64,000 nucleotides of DNA. Origin: an uncultured Flavobacteriales bacterium (lineage in GTDB: Bacteria; Bacteroidota; Bacteroidia; AKYH767-A; 2013-40CM-41-45). A program made the translations under genes and the position numbers. This document shows, in pieces, positions 8,132-16,625 of the stretch. The stretch lies in the NCBI GenBank assembly GCA_964356415.1, contig CAYHHK010000002.1, positions 13,732 through 77,731 on the forward strand, given 5' to 3'. The notes below the pieces were generated by a model. That model ran no database searches and was not told where the DNA came from. It saw only the letters and a list, made by a program, of their open reading frames with translations. The stretch's first letter is position 1, and every line of letters starts with the position of its first letter.

Positions 8132-9355
8132 ATGAACAGAGTAGTAATAACAGGCATGGGAGTTTATTCATGTCTGGGTAAAAATTTAGAAGAAGTCCGT
8201 AATTCATTGTACGCCGGAAAATCAGGTATCGGCTATGATCAGGCAAGGAAAGATTTTGGTTTCCGCTCCGGACTTACGGGTATCCTGGAGAAGCCGCAGT
8301 TGAAAGGCAAACTGGACCGCAGACTAAGAATAGGATTGGCGGAAGAAGGGGAATACGCTTACCTGTCAACACTGGAAGCTTTGGAAAACGCAAAGCTCGA
8401 TGTTGGTTACCTTGAATCGCATGAAGCAGGAATCATTTTCGGGAATGACAGTTCTGCATTGGCAGTAGTAGAAGCCACCGATACCATCCGCCTGAAGAAA
8501 GATACCACGCTGCTGGGTTCAGGTTCCATTTTTCAAAGCATGAACTCCACGGTGAACATGAACCTGGCTACCATCTTTAAGCTGAAAGGAATCAACTTCA
8601 CCGTGAGTGCTGCCTGTGCTAGTGGGTCGCATGCAGCGGGCCTGGGATTTCTATTTATTAAAGAAGGATACCAGGACATGGTGATCTGTGGCGGCGCACA
8701 GGAAGTGAATATGTATTCCATGGGAAGCTTTGACGGACTCGGTGCTTTTTCCATCCGCGAAAATGAACCTACTTTAGCATCCCGACCTTTTGATAAATCT
8801 CGTGATGGGCTCATTCCCAGTGGAGGTGCAGCAACCATCGTTTTGGAAAGTTTGGAAAGCGCACTAAAGCGCGGAGCAAATATTCTCGGTGAAATTATCG
8901 GCTACGGATTTTCATCCAACGGCGACCACATATCCAATCCGAATGTTGACGGACCATACCGTTCGCTGATGCGTGCAATGAAACAATCCGGAATAAATGT
9001 TTCTGAAATTGATTACATCAATGCACATGCAACATCTACTCCTAATGGTGATATGTTTGAAGCGCGTGCCATTGATAAACTTTGCGGGGACGTAAAAACT
9101 GCAGTGAGTTCTACCAAATCAATGACGGGACATGAGTGCTGGATGGCAGGCGCAAGTGAAATTGTTTATTCGCTGCTGATGATGCGTGATTCGTTTATCG
9201 CACCGAACATCAACTTCGAAACGCCTGATGAAGATTCGGCCAAGCTGAATATAATTGCCAAAACGCTCGACAAGAACATTGACATTTTTCTTTCCAACTC
9301 CTTTGGATTTGGGGGAACGAATTCTACGATTATAGTGAAGAAATTTAAGGGGTGA
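8132..9355 (+). CDS. beta-ketoacyl-[ACP] synthase, KAS I/II (FabB/FabF) family
   Basis: Active-site Cys in SAACASGSHA. The two His motifs are NAHATSTPNGD and MTGHECWMAGA. 407 aa. Confidence 0.85.
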   Translation: MNRVVITGMGVYSCLGKNLEEVRNSLYAGKSGIGYDQARKDFGFRSGLTGILEKPQLKGKLDRRLRIGLAEEGEYAYLSTLEALENAKLDVGYLESHEAGIIFGNDSSALAVVEATDTIRLKKDTTLLGSGSIFQSMNSTVNMNLATIFKLKGINFTVSAACASGSHAAGLGFLFIKEGYQDMVICGGAQEVNMYSMGSFDGLGAFSIRENEPTLASRPFDKSRDGLIPSGGAATIVLESLESALKRGANILGEIIGYGFSSNGDHISNPNVDGPYRSLMRAMKQSGINVSEIDYINAHATSTPNGDMFEARAIDKLCGDVKTAVSSTKSMTGHECWMAGASEIVYSLLMMRDSFIAPNINFETPDEDSAKLNIIAKTLDKNIDIFLSNSFGFGGTNSTIIVKKFKG

Positions 9356-9496
9356 GGTATCTACAAATTACGAATGAGAACGAATTACGTATAAAGAAAA
9401 GGGCAGCCGAGGGGTGCTCTTTTTAATTTAGTACACACAACTTGTGCTGTGCGATACACAGGGTGGTGGGTTCAATTGTATAAGCATACAAAATTG

Positions 9497-9742
9497 CTAA
9501 GGAAGACGGGGATTGGCCTGTCTTTTTTTTGAACGCATTGCTATTTTTGCTATAGCGCGCAATGCATCATTTACCGAATCAGAGTCAGGAAAATTTTTTG
9601 CTACATCCGGAGCGAGAACAACTATGTTTGTTCCGGCAGCAAATTGCTTTGAATACTTTCCGCGGATTCCTCTGCTGAAATCATATTCAGACAACATTTC
9701 TTCAACTTGTTTATGTTTCATAATTATATTGTTTTCTTTCAT
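9497..9742 (-). CDS. BrnA/DUF4415-like small antitoxin-type protein (orphan, no cognate toxin)
   Basis: EYDFSRGIRGKY motif followed by VVLAPDVAKNFPDSDSVNDALRAIAKI, which resembles the BrnA-family layout (EYDFSKGKRG ... RLD.DVL.WF......N.ALR). No BrnT-like ORF is adjacent. Confidence 0.4.
   Translation of the reverse strand: MKENNIIMKHKQVEEMLSEYDFSRGIRGKYSKQFAAGTNIVVLAPDVAKNFPDSDSVNDALRAIAKIAMRSKKRQANPRLP
9504..9530 (+). terminator. rho-independent terminator downstream of the KR-KAS operon
   Basis: GACGGG-gattgg-CCTGTC hairpin (one G.U wobble) followed by T8. It overlaps the 3' codons of the minus-strand ORF 9497..9742. Confidence 0.5.
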
Positions 9743-9759
9743 TGCGGGCTTTTCTTTTT

Positions 9760-11271
9760 CTACTCTTTTATAAATTTCTTTACAATGATGCCTTGTTCGG
9801 TTTGGAGATCGAGAAAGTAAATGCCGCTTGAAAGAAAACGAATATCAATTTCTTTTTTGTAACCGGAAATGGTTTGTGATAAAAATTCTTTGCCGATGAG
9901 ATCGAAGATTTTTAGTTGGGAGATTTTTGCAGATGTTGAGATGAGAAGTTTTAAAGAAGCAGGATTCGGGGAAAGAAGAAAGAAGATGTCTGTCGCTTTT
10001 TCATTATAGCCATCAATCAGGCAGATTGTGCTGTCAAGCCCTAAGTTATATACAAAAGTACTATCATAAAAAAAAGTTGTAGAAGGTGCTGTAACAATTG
10101 TTGGAATGTTTAACTGATTTGCGGTAAAGGTTGGTTGAGTTAATGTAGGAGTTCCTTCATTGCATCCGCTATTGCCGTTTGCATCAGTTTTGATCAAATA
10201 AATATCGCCACCAGACATACCAGCAATAACGTATCCACCGTCAAAGGTTTGCTGAATTGAATTACCATAATCATTACCTGTACCCCCAAATGTTTTTGCC
10301 CAAATTAAATTTCCCAAACTATCTATCTTGTTAATAAAAACATCATTGCCATTACTAGTACTTACATACCCTGCCATTGCATAACCTCCATCTGAAGTTT
10401 GCGCTCCGGAATAGCCATAAGTAAATGCTGATGTGCACTGAAAGTTTTTTTCGAAAACTAAATTTCCCACACTATCAGTTTTAATTATACAGACATTTCC
10501 TGCCGCTGATAAGCTCCCGCCAATAATATAACCGCCATCGGAAGTTTGGAAAACAGATTTTCCATAACCGTTTGATCCGTTATAAACCCTTGTCCAAAGG
10601 GAGTCGCCATTGTGGTCTGTTTTTATCAAGCAAATAGATGCTCCTAAACTCCATCTTTCTCCGGTAATAATATATCCACCATCACTGGTTTGTTTCACTG
10701 CCCATCCTTCATCAGTGTCGGCATCGCCAAAAGTTTTTGACCACAGCAAATTTCCGATGCTATCTGTTTTAATTAAGTAAACATCCAGGTTATTCGCACC
10801 AACACTTGTTATACCACAAATGATATATCCACTATCCGATGTCTGTTGAACTGAATAACCTATACTGCCAAAACCGCTAACAAATCTCTTTACCCAAATA
10901 GTATCACCGATAGAGTCAGTTTTAATTAAAAATAAAGTGAAGGGTGAAAAGCTCGTGTCACTTCTTCCTGTAACTGCATATCCACCATCAAACGTTTGAC
11001 AAACAGACCAACCGATATCAACACCAGTGCCTCCATAGGTTTTAGACCAAACAGCGTTTCCATAAGCATCTGTTTTTATCAAATATAAATCATAATTACC
11101 TGTAACGTTATCGTTGTAGCCGGTCATTATAAAACCACTATCAGAAGTTTGCTGAACTGAATTACCGAAATCGTTTATTCCTGATATGCCAAAAGTCTTT
11201 TGAAAGGTTATTTGTCCAAGACAATTTAGCCCGATATATAAAAGAAAAACGAGGAGAGGATATTTTTTCAA
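9760..11271 (-). CDS. repeat-rich (~45-aa SDGGY / IKTD..GN..W.KT.GG repeats) secreted protein with T9SS CTD
   Basis: Likely TTG start at 11271 gives the signal peptide (M)KKYPLLVFLLYIGLNCLGQ; the ORF-track Met at 11385 precedes a non-signal N-terminus. At least 8 repeats of QTSDGGYIITG...LIKTDSIGNLLWSKTFG. The C-terminal LSPNPASLKLL...GIYFLDLQTEQGIIVKKFIKE is a CTD. Confidence 0.55.
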   Translation of the reverse strand: MKKYPLLVFLLYIGLNCLGQITFQKTFGISGINDFGNSVQQTSDSGFIMTGYNDNVTGNYDLYLIKTDAYGNAVWSKTYGGTGVDIGWSVCQTFDGGYAVTGRSDTSFSPFTLFLIKTDSIGDTIWVKRFVSGFGSIGYSVQQTSDSGYIICGITSVGANNLDVYLIKTDSIGNLLWSKTFGDADTDEGWAVKQTSDGGYIITGERWSLGASICLIKTDHNGDSLWTRVYNGSNGYGKSVFQTSDGGYIIGGSLSAAGNVCIIKTDSVGNLVFEKNFQCTSAFTYGYSGAQTSDGGYAMAGYVSTSNGNDVFINKIDSLGNLIWAKTFGGTGNDYGNSIQQTFDGGYVIAGMSGGDIYLIKTDANGNSGCNEGTPTLTQPTFTANQLNIPTIVTAPSTTFFYDSTFVYNLGLDSTICLIDGYNEKATDIFFLLSPNPASLKLLISTSAKISQLKIFDLIGKEFLSQTISGYKKEIDIRFLSSGIYFLDLQTEQGIIVKKFIKE

Positions 11272-11634
11272 TGGCAGACCAAAGATAGAAAAGTTTATTT
11301 CCGGCTGCTTAGAATGGTTGCTATGAAATAAAGCCCTAAGTGCAATAGCCCTGACAGTAGCGGAAACCCCGAAGAGCGAATGCATGTGCGGATAGCCGGA
11401 GTTGCAGCGCCTGCCTGCCGTTAGCAGGATGGCAGGAAGACAGGTAAATTGAAATGAGACAGCATCGCTCCCAACCTTCGCTCACTCTCCTTCGCTAAAG
11501 CTACGGAAAGCAAAGAGCTACGGGTGGCAAGGATCAACCTTCGCTGAAGCTACGGCTGACAAGGGAAAAATTAAGAATGGATTTCTGAAAAAAATCATGT
11601 AAGTTTGCCGACCTACTTAAACACAAGCACTTGA

Positions 11635-11892
11635 ATGTCGGCTACCAGCACAGATGAAATAATCACCAAGGTAAATGCTTTCCTTGTTGATGAGTTTGAG
11701 GTTGATCCTGAGTCCATTACACCCGGGGCAAACCTGAAAGAAACCCTGAATCTCGACAGCCTCGATTATGTTGATTTAGTCGTTGTCATTGAAAGCAATT
11801 TCGGTTTTAAGGTAAAAGGAGAGGATTTTGTCAATATCAAGACCTTCCAGGACTTTTACAACTACATCAACACAAAAGTAGCGGCAAAATAA
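11635..11892 (+). CDS. acyl carrier protein
   Basis: 85 aa. The DSL phosphopantetheine attachment motif (LNLDSLDYVDLVVVIES) is present. Confidence 0.8.
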   Translation: MSATSTDEIITKVNAFLVDEFEVDPESITPGANLKETLNLDSLDYVDLVVVIESNFGFKVKGEDFVNIKTFQDFYNYINTKVAAK

Positions 11893-11899
11893 ATTCCCC

Positions 11900-12787
11900 A
11901 TGCCTTCATGGAAGGGTAAATCCCAGGGCGGACTTCTCGGTTACAAAATTTTTGTTTTCATTTTAAAGCTGCATGGACTGCGGCTTGCTTATTTTATTCT
12001 CCGGTTTGTTGCATCATGGTACCTGTTTTTTTCATTCCGAACCTTTAAATCCTCCTGGCATTTTTTCCGGACCATGCTGAAGTTTCCTTTCTTCAAAAGC
12101 ATTTCTTCCATTTACAAAAGCTATTATAACCTGGGTGTATCACTGCTCGACAAATTTGCAATGATGGCAGATGTAAAAACAAACTTCACATTCGATTTTA
12201 ACGGGGAAGAATACCTGCATGAAATGGCGAAAGCAGGACGCGGCGGCGTGCTCATCAGCGGGCATCTCGGCAACTGGGATATGGCGGGCAACATGCTGAA
12301 ACGCGTGGAGACAAAAGTAAACATCGTACTCTTTGAAGGAGAAGCCGAACAGATCAAAAAATATATGGACCGTTTTGCAGGCGCCCCTAACTACAACATC
12401 ATCTCCGTGAAAAATGACATGTCCCATATTTTTCAAATCTCAGCAGCGATTCAACGAAATGAATTCATCTGCATACACGGCGACCGGTTTACCGAAGGTA
12501 CAAAAACATTTGAAACAGAATTCCTCGGAAGAAAGGCATTGTTTCCTTCAGGTGTTTTTCAGATTGCCCATAAACTGAAAACGCCTTATACCTTTGTATA
12601 TGCGGTGAAAGAATCCTCCTCGCATTATCATTACTCTGCAAGCAAACCAAAGGTGAGCGAAAAAAGTCCGGAAGAGATTTTAAGGGAATATGTTACTTCA
12701 TTGGAAGAAAAAGTGAAACAATACCCCACGCAGTGGTTTAATTTTTACAATTTCTGGGAAGAAGGACGAAAGGAAAAGCGGCAGTAG
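11900..12787 (+). CDS. LpxL/HtrB-family (lauroyl/myristoyl) acyltransferase
   Basis: SGHLGNWDMAG matches the H(X)4[DE] HxxNWE active-site motif of lipid A late acyltransferases. An N-terminal hydrophobic anchor is present. 295 aa, 8 nt after the ACP gene. Confidence 0.6.
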   Translation: MPSWKGKSQGGLLGYKIFVFILKLHGLRLAYFILRFVASWYLFFSFRTFKSSWHFFRTMLKFPFFKSISSIYKSYYNLGVSLLDKFAMMADVKTNFTFDFNGEEYLHEMAKAGRGGVLISGHLGNWDMAGNMLKRVETKVNIVLFEGEAEQIKKYMDRFAGAPNYNIISVKNDMSHIFQISAAIQRNEFICIHGDRFTEGTKTFETEFLGRKALFPSGVFQIAHKLKTPYTFVYAVKESSSHYHYSASKPKVSEKSPEEILREYVTSLEEKVKQYPTQWFNFYNFWEEGRKEKRQ

Positions 12788-12830
12788 GCAGTAGGCAATT
12801 GGCAATTGGCAATTGGCAATTGGCAATAAG
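12781..12830. repeat. heptamer tandem repeat (GCAGTAG x2, GCAATTG x4, GCAATAA) fused to the stop codon
   Basis: Read directly from the sequence: cagTAGgcagTAGgcaattggcaattggcaattggcaattggcaaTAAgc. It contains four CAATTG palindromes. Confidence 0.8.
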
Positions 12831-12898
12831 CAAAAATATAACACCGCAAATCTGCGACTAGAATTATTAATCCAAATAAAATCAACTATTAACCCCTC

Positions 12899-15800
12899 TT
12901 ATTCCACCACAATTTTCCGTTGCTCTGAAATATTTTTTCCTTGTATTCTCAGAAAATAAATTCCCGGTTTTGCTTTTCTTAAATCAATTTGCTGATGCCC
13001 GTTTTCATTGGTCAACCGGTCGTTGTAAATAACCTCCCCTATTGAGTTAGTGATAGTAACAGGTGAGCCGACAAATGATTCACCAAAGGAAATATTGAAA
13101 ATCCCATCGTAGCTCGGGTTCGGAAATACATTCATTACATCAGTTGAACCATTTACACCTGCATCATCAGAAAAATTTTCAACTGAATTTCTTGCAGCCG
13201 CTGTACCAGTTGTAAAAGTTGATACAGATGATGTAACTGTATTCACTCCATCACTCACTGTAGTGTACCATTGATAGCAGGTGTTCAGCGCAAGTGAAGC
13301 ATAGGGCATGGAAGAAACGGTTCCTGATGGAACGCCTGTATTTGTTCCGATGAGTGAATATGCCTGTGCAGCCGGTGTCATGTTGTAATTAATCGTAAAC
13401 TGGCTGTTGGCATCGGTTTCATATTGATTCAGCCAGGGTGAAAATGTTTTTACGGAAATTGTATTGTTTGCCGGCGAGAACTTCATGATGCGCATCCATC
13501 CATTACCGCCGTTCGTGCGCGCCTGATAGTCGCTGAGTAAAGTTGTAATTACATTATTCTGGTACACGTCTGTCCGTTTTGCTTCTTCATCCTGGTGTCC
13601 GCACAGCATGAGGAAAACATTCGGATTTGTTTTCGCCATGTTGTAAACAGCGCTTCCCTGTGTTCCCCATGCACTGTCTGCATCTATAAAATAGTGACTT
13701 CCGAGAATAGCTCTTTTGTTGCTATTTGACTGCAATAAATTATTTGCCCATGTCAGCACCGCAGGATCCTGGGTTGGTGAATATTCAAAATTGATTACGA
13801 TGAAATCCATTCCGCTTGCTGAGAAGAGGCAGTAGTTATTGTCGTTACTACTCCCATAATGACCACCATAATAAGGGCGACCGTTGAAACGTGCAGAACC
13901 AAAATACTGGTTAAAATAATTTGTCGTTCCATTTGGATTGCCAACAGGCGACTGGTCATGATTGCCGATATTCATTCCGAAAGGAATGCCAAATGTGAGC
14001 TGTGTAGTAACAGGGTTCTCAATAATTTTTACTGAGGTATCTGCACGTTTCCATTCATTTACATACGTATCGCCATTCTGCACACAATCACCTACTCCTT
14101 CAACGAACACGATGTTATCAGAAACAAGGTGGCTAACAATCCAGTTCATCTGTGACTTGTACATTTCATTGGTGCCGCCATACATCAGCCCGGTATAATA
14201 TTGTGTATCGGGAATTACAATGACTGTGAAATCAGCAGCCGGTGTAGGCGGACAAGGACGTGCGTAATAGGCAACTGTAAGGGCTGTAGCTTCCGGATCA
14301 CTCACTGAAACATTCAGCGAGGTTGATACTGGAACACCGGCTGCATTGTTCAACGGAGAAACAACAACAGGCTGTGCAGGCGGATTGTTAATTACCGGTG
14401 GCGTCAGTGGTGCGCCGGAATTCCAGTACCAGTTGCTGCCTGTAATGGTTCCATGCTTTGCATTGCCGGAACTATCCTTCACAGCAGTGCCGCACCTTTC
14501 GTTCAATCCCCATCGAGCCACCATTCCGGTTTGTGGCGAGTTCAACTGTTGCGACATCGTCGATTGAATAATTGCCTGAGAGCGCGCATTGTTCCAGATG
14601 CGGGCCTCATCAATTGATCCGTTGAAATATCCTGCGGGTGATCCTGATGAATTTAATGCAGAACCCAATGCCGCATGCTGAATACTTGCACTTTGAGGAG
14701 TGCGGTTTACTGTTACTGAGTTTTCCAGATTCCCATTCAGGTATATCTTAAAAACACTGCCGTCATAGGTAAGTGCTGCGTGATTCCATACATTGCCTGT
14801 GATTACGGTTGTTCCATAGATCGGATGATTGAGCCCTGGTGATGCACTGCCCGTCCCTTCTTCAAAATCTCCTGCAAGTTTTCCTGTTGTGCCATCAATG
14901 CCGAGAAAATAATTGCAATCTTTCGTGCTTCCGTCTGCTTCAGATCTTCCTTTCGTCAACAAAGGAATTGCACTTACACCTCCGGAACCCGAACTTGCAG
15001 TTGTTCCTATTCCCTCTTTTCTGAACCATGTTTCTACAGTAAATTGTGAAAGACCCAGCCCTGAAATGTTACCAAACGTCACATATGTATTTGTTCCCCC
15101 AAAATACAAAGAAGCATTTCCTGAAGAAGTGATCGGAGAGAAGGTAGTGCCTGAAATCCAAACTGGGCCATTGGTCAAAATTCCGTTCACTGATGATGCT
15201 GTTCCTGAATTGGCAGTTGCCGTGCCTATACCTTCATTCATTCCCCAATGACCGATGAGACCTGTTGCACTATTAATTTGCAGGGTCATATTTGTCTGTA
15301 TAGTTGCTTGTGACAATGCCGAGTTCCAGATCCTTATTTCATCCATGCTTCCTGCAAAATAACCCGAAGCAACACCTGTTGAATTCAATGCAGTTCCAAT
15401 ACTTGAATGCTGAATTGACAATGACTGTGGAAGCCGACCTACAACAAGTGTTCTTTCAAGATTACCATTCAGGTATAGTTTCCATGTGTTACCATCATAA
15501 GTAGCAGCTGCATGATACCAGACATTGTTACAAATAGTTGTAATTCCCTTCACAGGATGATTTAAGCCGGGACTTGGCTGACCGGTACCTTCTTCGAAAT
15601 CAGCTGCCAAAACATTGGTTGCAGCATCAATTCCAAGGAAATAATTGCAGTCTTTTGTATTGCCATCTGCTTCTCCCCTTCCCTTTGAAACAAGAGGAAT
15701 AGCTGTAAGGCCTCCTGTTCCTGTGCTGGCACTTACGCCAGTACCACTTCGCTTGAACCAGGTTTCAACAGTAAAGGCTGATGCCCGCAATGCTGATGCA

Positions 15801-15922
15801 GAACCATGTGTGACATAGTCATTCGTTCCGTCAAAATTAATTCCATTCTGTGCAAATGAACTCGTTATTCCTCCAAATAGAAGACAAACTAGAATAATGG
15901 TGTGGTGAATGGTGTTTTTCAT
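12899..15922 (-). CDS. secreted LamG x2 (concanavalin-like) + calcineurin-like metallophosphoesterase + T9SS CTD protein
   Basis: Signal peptide MKNTIHHTIILVCLLFGGITSSFAQ. Two ~230-aa internal duplicates (GINFDGTNDYVTHG...CNYFLGID / SLYFGGTNTYVTFG...CNYFLGID). Metallophosphoesterase motifs VIVIPDTQYY, GVGDCVQNGD, NIGNHD and LCGHQDEE. The C-terminal VFPNPSYDGIFNISF...GIYFLRIQGKNISEQRKIVVE is a CTD. Confidence 0.65.
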   Translation of the reverse strand: MKNTIHHTIILVCLLFGGITSSFAQNGINFDGTNDYVTHGSASALRASAFTVETWFKRSGTGVSASTGTGGLTAIPLVSKGRGEADGNTKDCNYFLGIDAATNVLAADFEEGTGQPSPGLNHPVKGITTICNNVWYHAAATYDGNTWKLYLNGNLERTLVVGRLPQSLSIQHSSIGTALNSTGVASGYFAGSMDEIRIWNSALSQATIQTNMTLQINSATGLIGHWGMNEGIGTATANSGTASSVNGILTNGPVWISGTTFSPITSSGNASLYFGGTNTYVTFGNISGLGLSQFTVETWFRKEGIGTTASSGSGGVSAIPLLTKGRSEADGSTKDCNYFLGIDGTTGKLAGDFEEGTGSASPGLNHPIYGTTVITGNVWNHAALTYDGSVFKIYLNGNLENSVTVNRTPQSASIQHAALGSALNSSGSPAGYFNGSIDEARIWNNARSQAIIQSTMSQQLNSPQTGMVARWGLNERCGTAVKDSSGNAKHGTITGSNWYWNSGAPLTPPVINNPPAQPVVVSPLNNAAGVPVSTSLNVSVSDPEATALTVAYYARPCPPTPAADFTVIVIPDTQYYTGLMYGGTNEMYKSQMNWIVSHLVSDNIVFVEGVGDCVQNGDTYVNEWKRADTSVKIIENPVTTQLTFGIPFGMNIGNHDQSPVGNPNGTTNYFNQYFGSARFNGRPYYGGHYGSSNDNNYCLFSASGMDFIVINFEYSPTQDPAVLTWANNLLQSNSNKRAILGSHYFIDADSAWGTQGSAVYNMAKTNPNVFLMLCGHQDEEAKRTDVYQNNVITTLLSDYQARTNGGNGWMRIMKFSPANNTISVKTFSPWLNQYETDANSQFTINYNMTPAAQAYSLIGTNTGVPSGTVSSMPYASLALNTCYQWYTTVSDGVNTVTSSVSTFTTGTAAARNSVENFSDDAGVNGSTDVMNVFPNPSYDGIFNISFGESFVGSPVTITNSIGEVIYNDRLTNENGHQQIDLRKAKPGIYFLRIQGKNISEQRKIVVE

Positions 15923-16061
15923 ATTGTGTGTAAGCCTCCAAAGTGCAATGACAGAGAGGATTTCAAAGGTAATCCATTGATAAATAGCATCAAAAATAAA
16001 TTTGTCATAAAGTTTTATGCATTCATTTCATCAGTATTTTCGCCTAGCTAGTTAATGCTCT

Positions 16062-16505
16062 ATGTCAGAACCGATAATACTAGTCGACGGCGAGGAGTTT
16101 GAAAATCTCATCCCGCAGAAAAAGCCATTTGTTATGGTTGGCCGATTATTCTCTTGTGATGAAAAGAATATTCATACAGGATTTACTCCCTCAGAGAAAA
16201 ATATCTTCTCAGAGAATGGCTATTTTACAGAGCCCGGATTGATTGAAAATATGGCCCAGAGCGCTGCTGCCGGCACGGGTTATTTTTTCAAATCACAAAA
16301 CAAACCGGTGCCTGTTGGATTTATCGGCGCAATCAAAGACTTTAAACTTTTTCGGTTACCGAAGGTGAACGACCTCCTTGAAACTGAAATAAATGTCGTT
16401 GCTGAAGTTATGAATGCCTCTGTTATCAATGCGAAAGTCAGCTGTAACGGAGAAGAACTTGCATCCTGTGAGATGAAAATATTTTTACTTGATGCACGCA
16501 TGTAA
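16062..16505 (+). CDS. hot-dog fold (3-hydroxyacyl-ACP dehydratase-like) protein
   Basis: 147 aa. PFVMVGRLFSCDEKNIHTGFTPSEKNIFSENGYF...LIENMAQSAAAG resembles the APE/FabA-Z-type dehydratase layout. Assignment is by pattern only. Confidence 0.45.
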   Translation: MSEPIILVDGEEFENLIPQKKPFVMVGRLFSCDEKNIHTGFTPSEKNIFSENGYFTEPGLIENMAQSAAAGTGYFFKSQNKPVPVGFIGAIKDFKLFRLPKVNDLLETEINVVAEVMNASVINAKVSCNGEELASCEMKIFLLDARM

Positions 16506-16625
16506 TTTCAAATCGGAGAAGTTCATCTTCAGAGTTTTACATAACCGGCTATTGAAAACTATTAGTTTTACTCCGCAGCATCTTCGTTCACTGCCTTACT
16601 TTCGCACCAACCTAAAACCCTGCAA

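Noticed and set aside
9455-9480. Possible tRNA T-arm (GGTGGGTTCAATTG).
   Set aside because: No complementary T-stem 3' half (no CCACC), no acceptor stem and no CCA context. It is not a tRNA.
9513-9773. + strand 86-aa ORF overlapping the BrnA-like gene.
   Set aside because: It is antisense to the better-supported minus-strand ORF, has no motifs, and spans a terminator hairpin.
11272-11385. ATG start at 11385 for the SDGGY-repeat cargo.
   Set aside because: It would place ~38 non-signal residues before the obvious signal peptide. A TTG at 11271 gives (M)KKYPLLVFLLYIGLNCLGQ directly.
12781-12830. Heptamer tandem array considered as a mini-CRISPR or tandem operator.
   Set aside because: The units are 7 nt with no spacers, far too short for CRISPR. 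It is kept as a repeat feature only.
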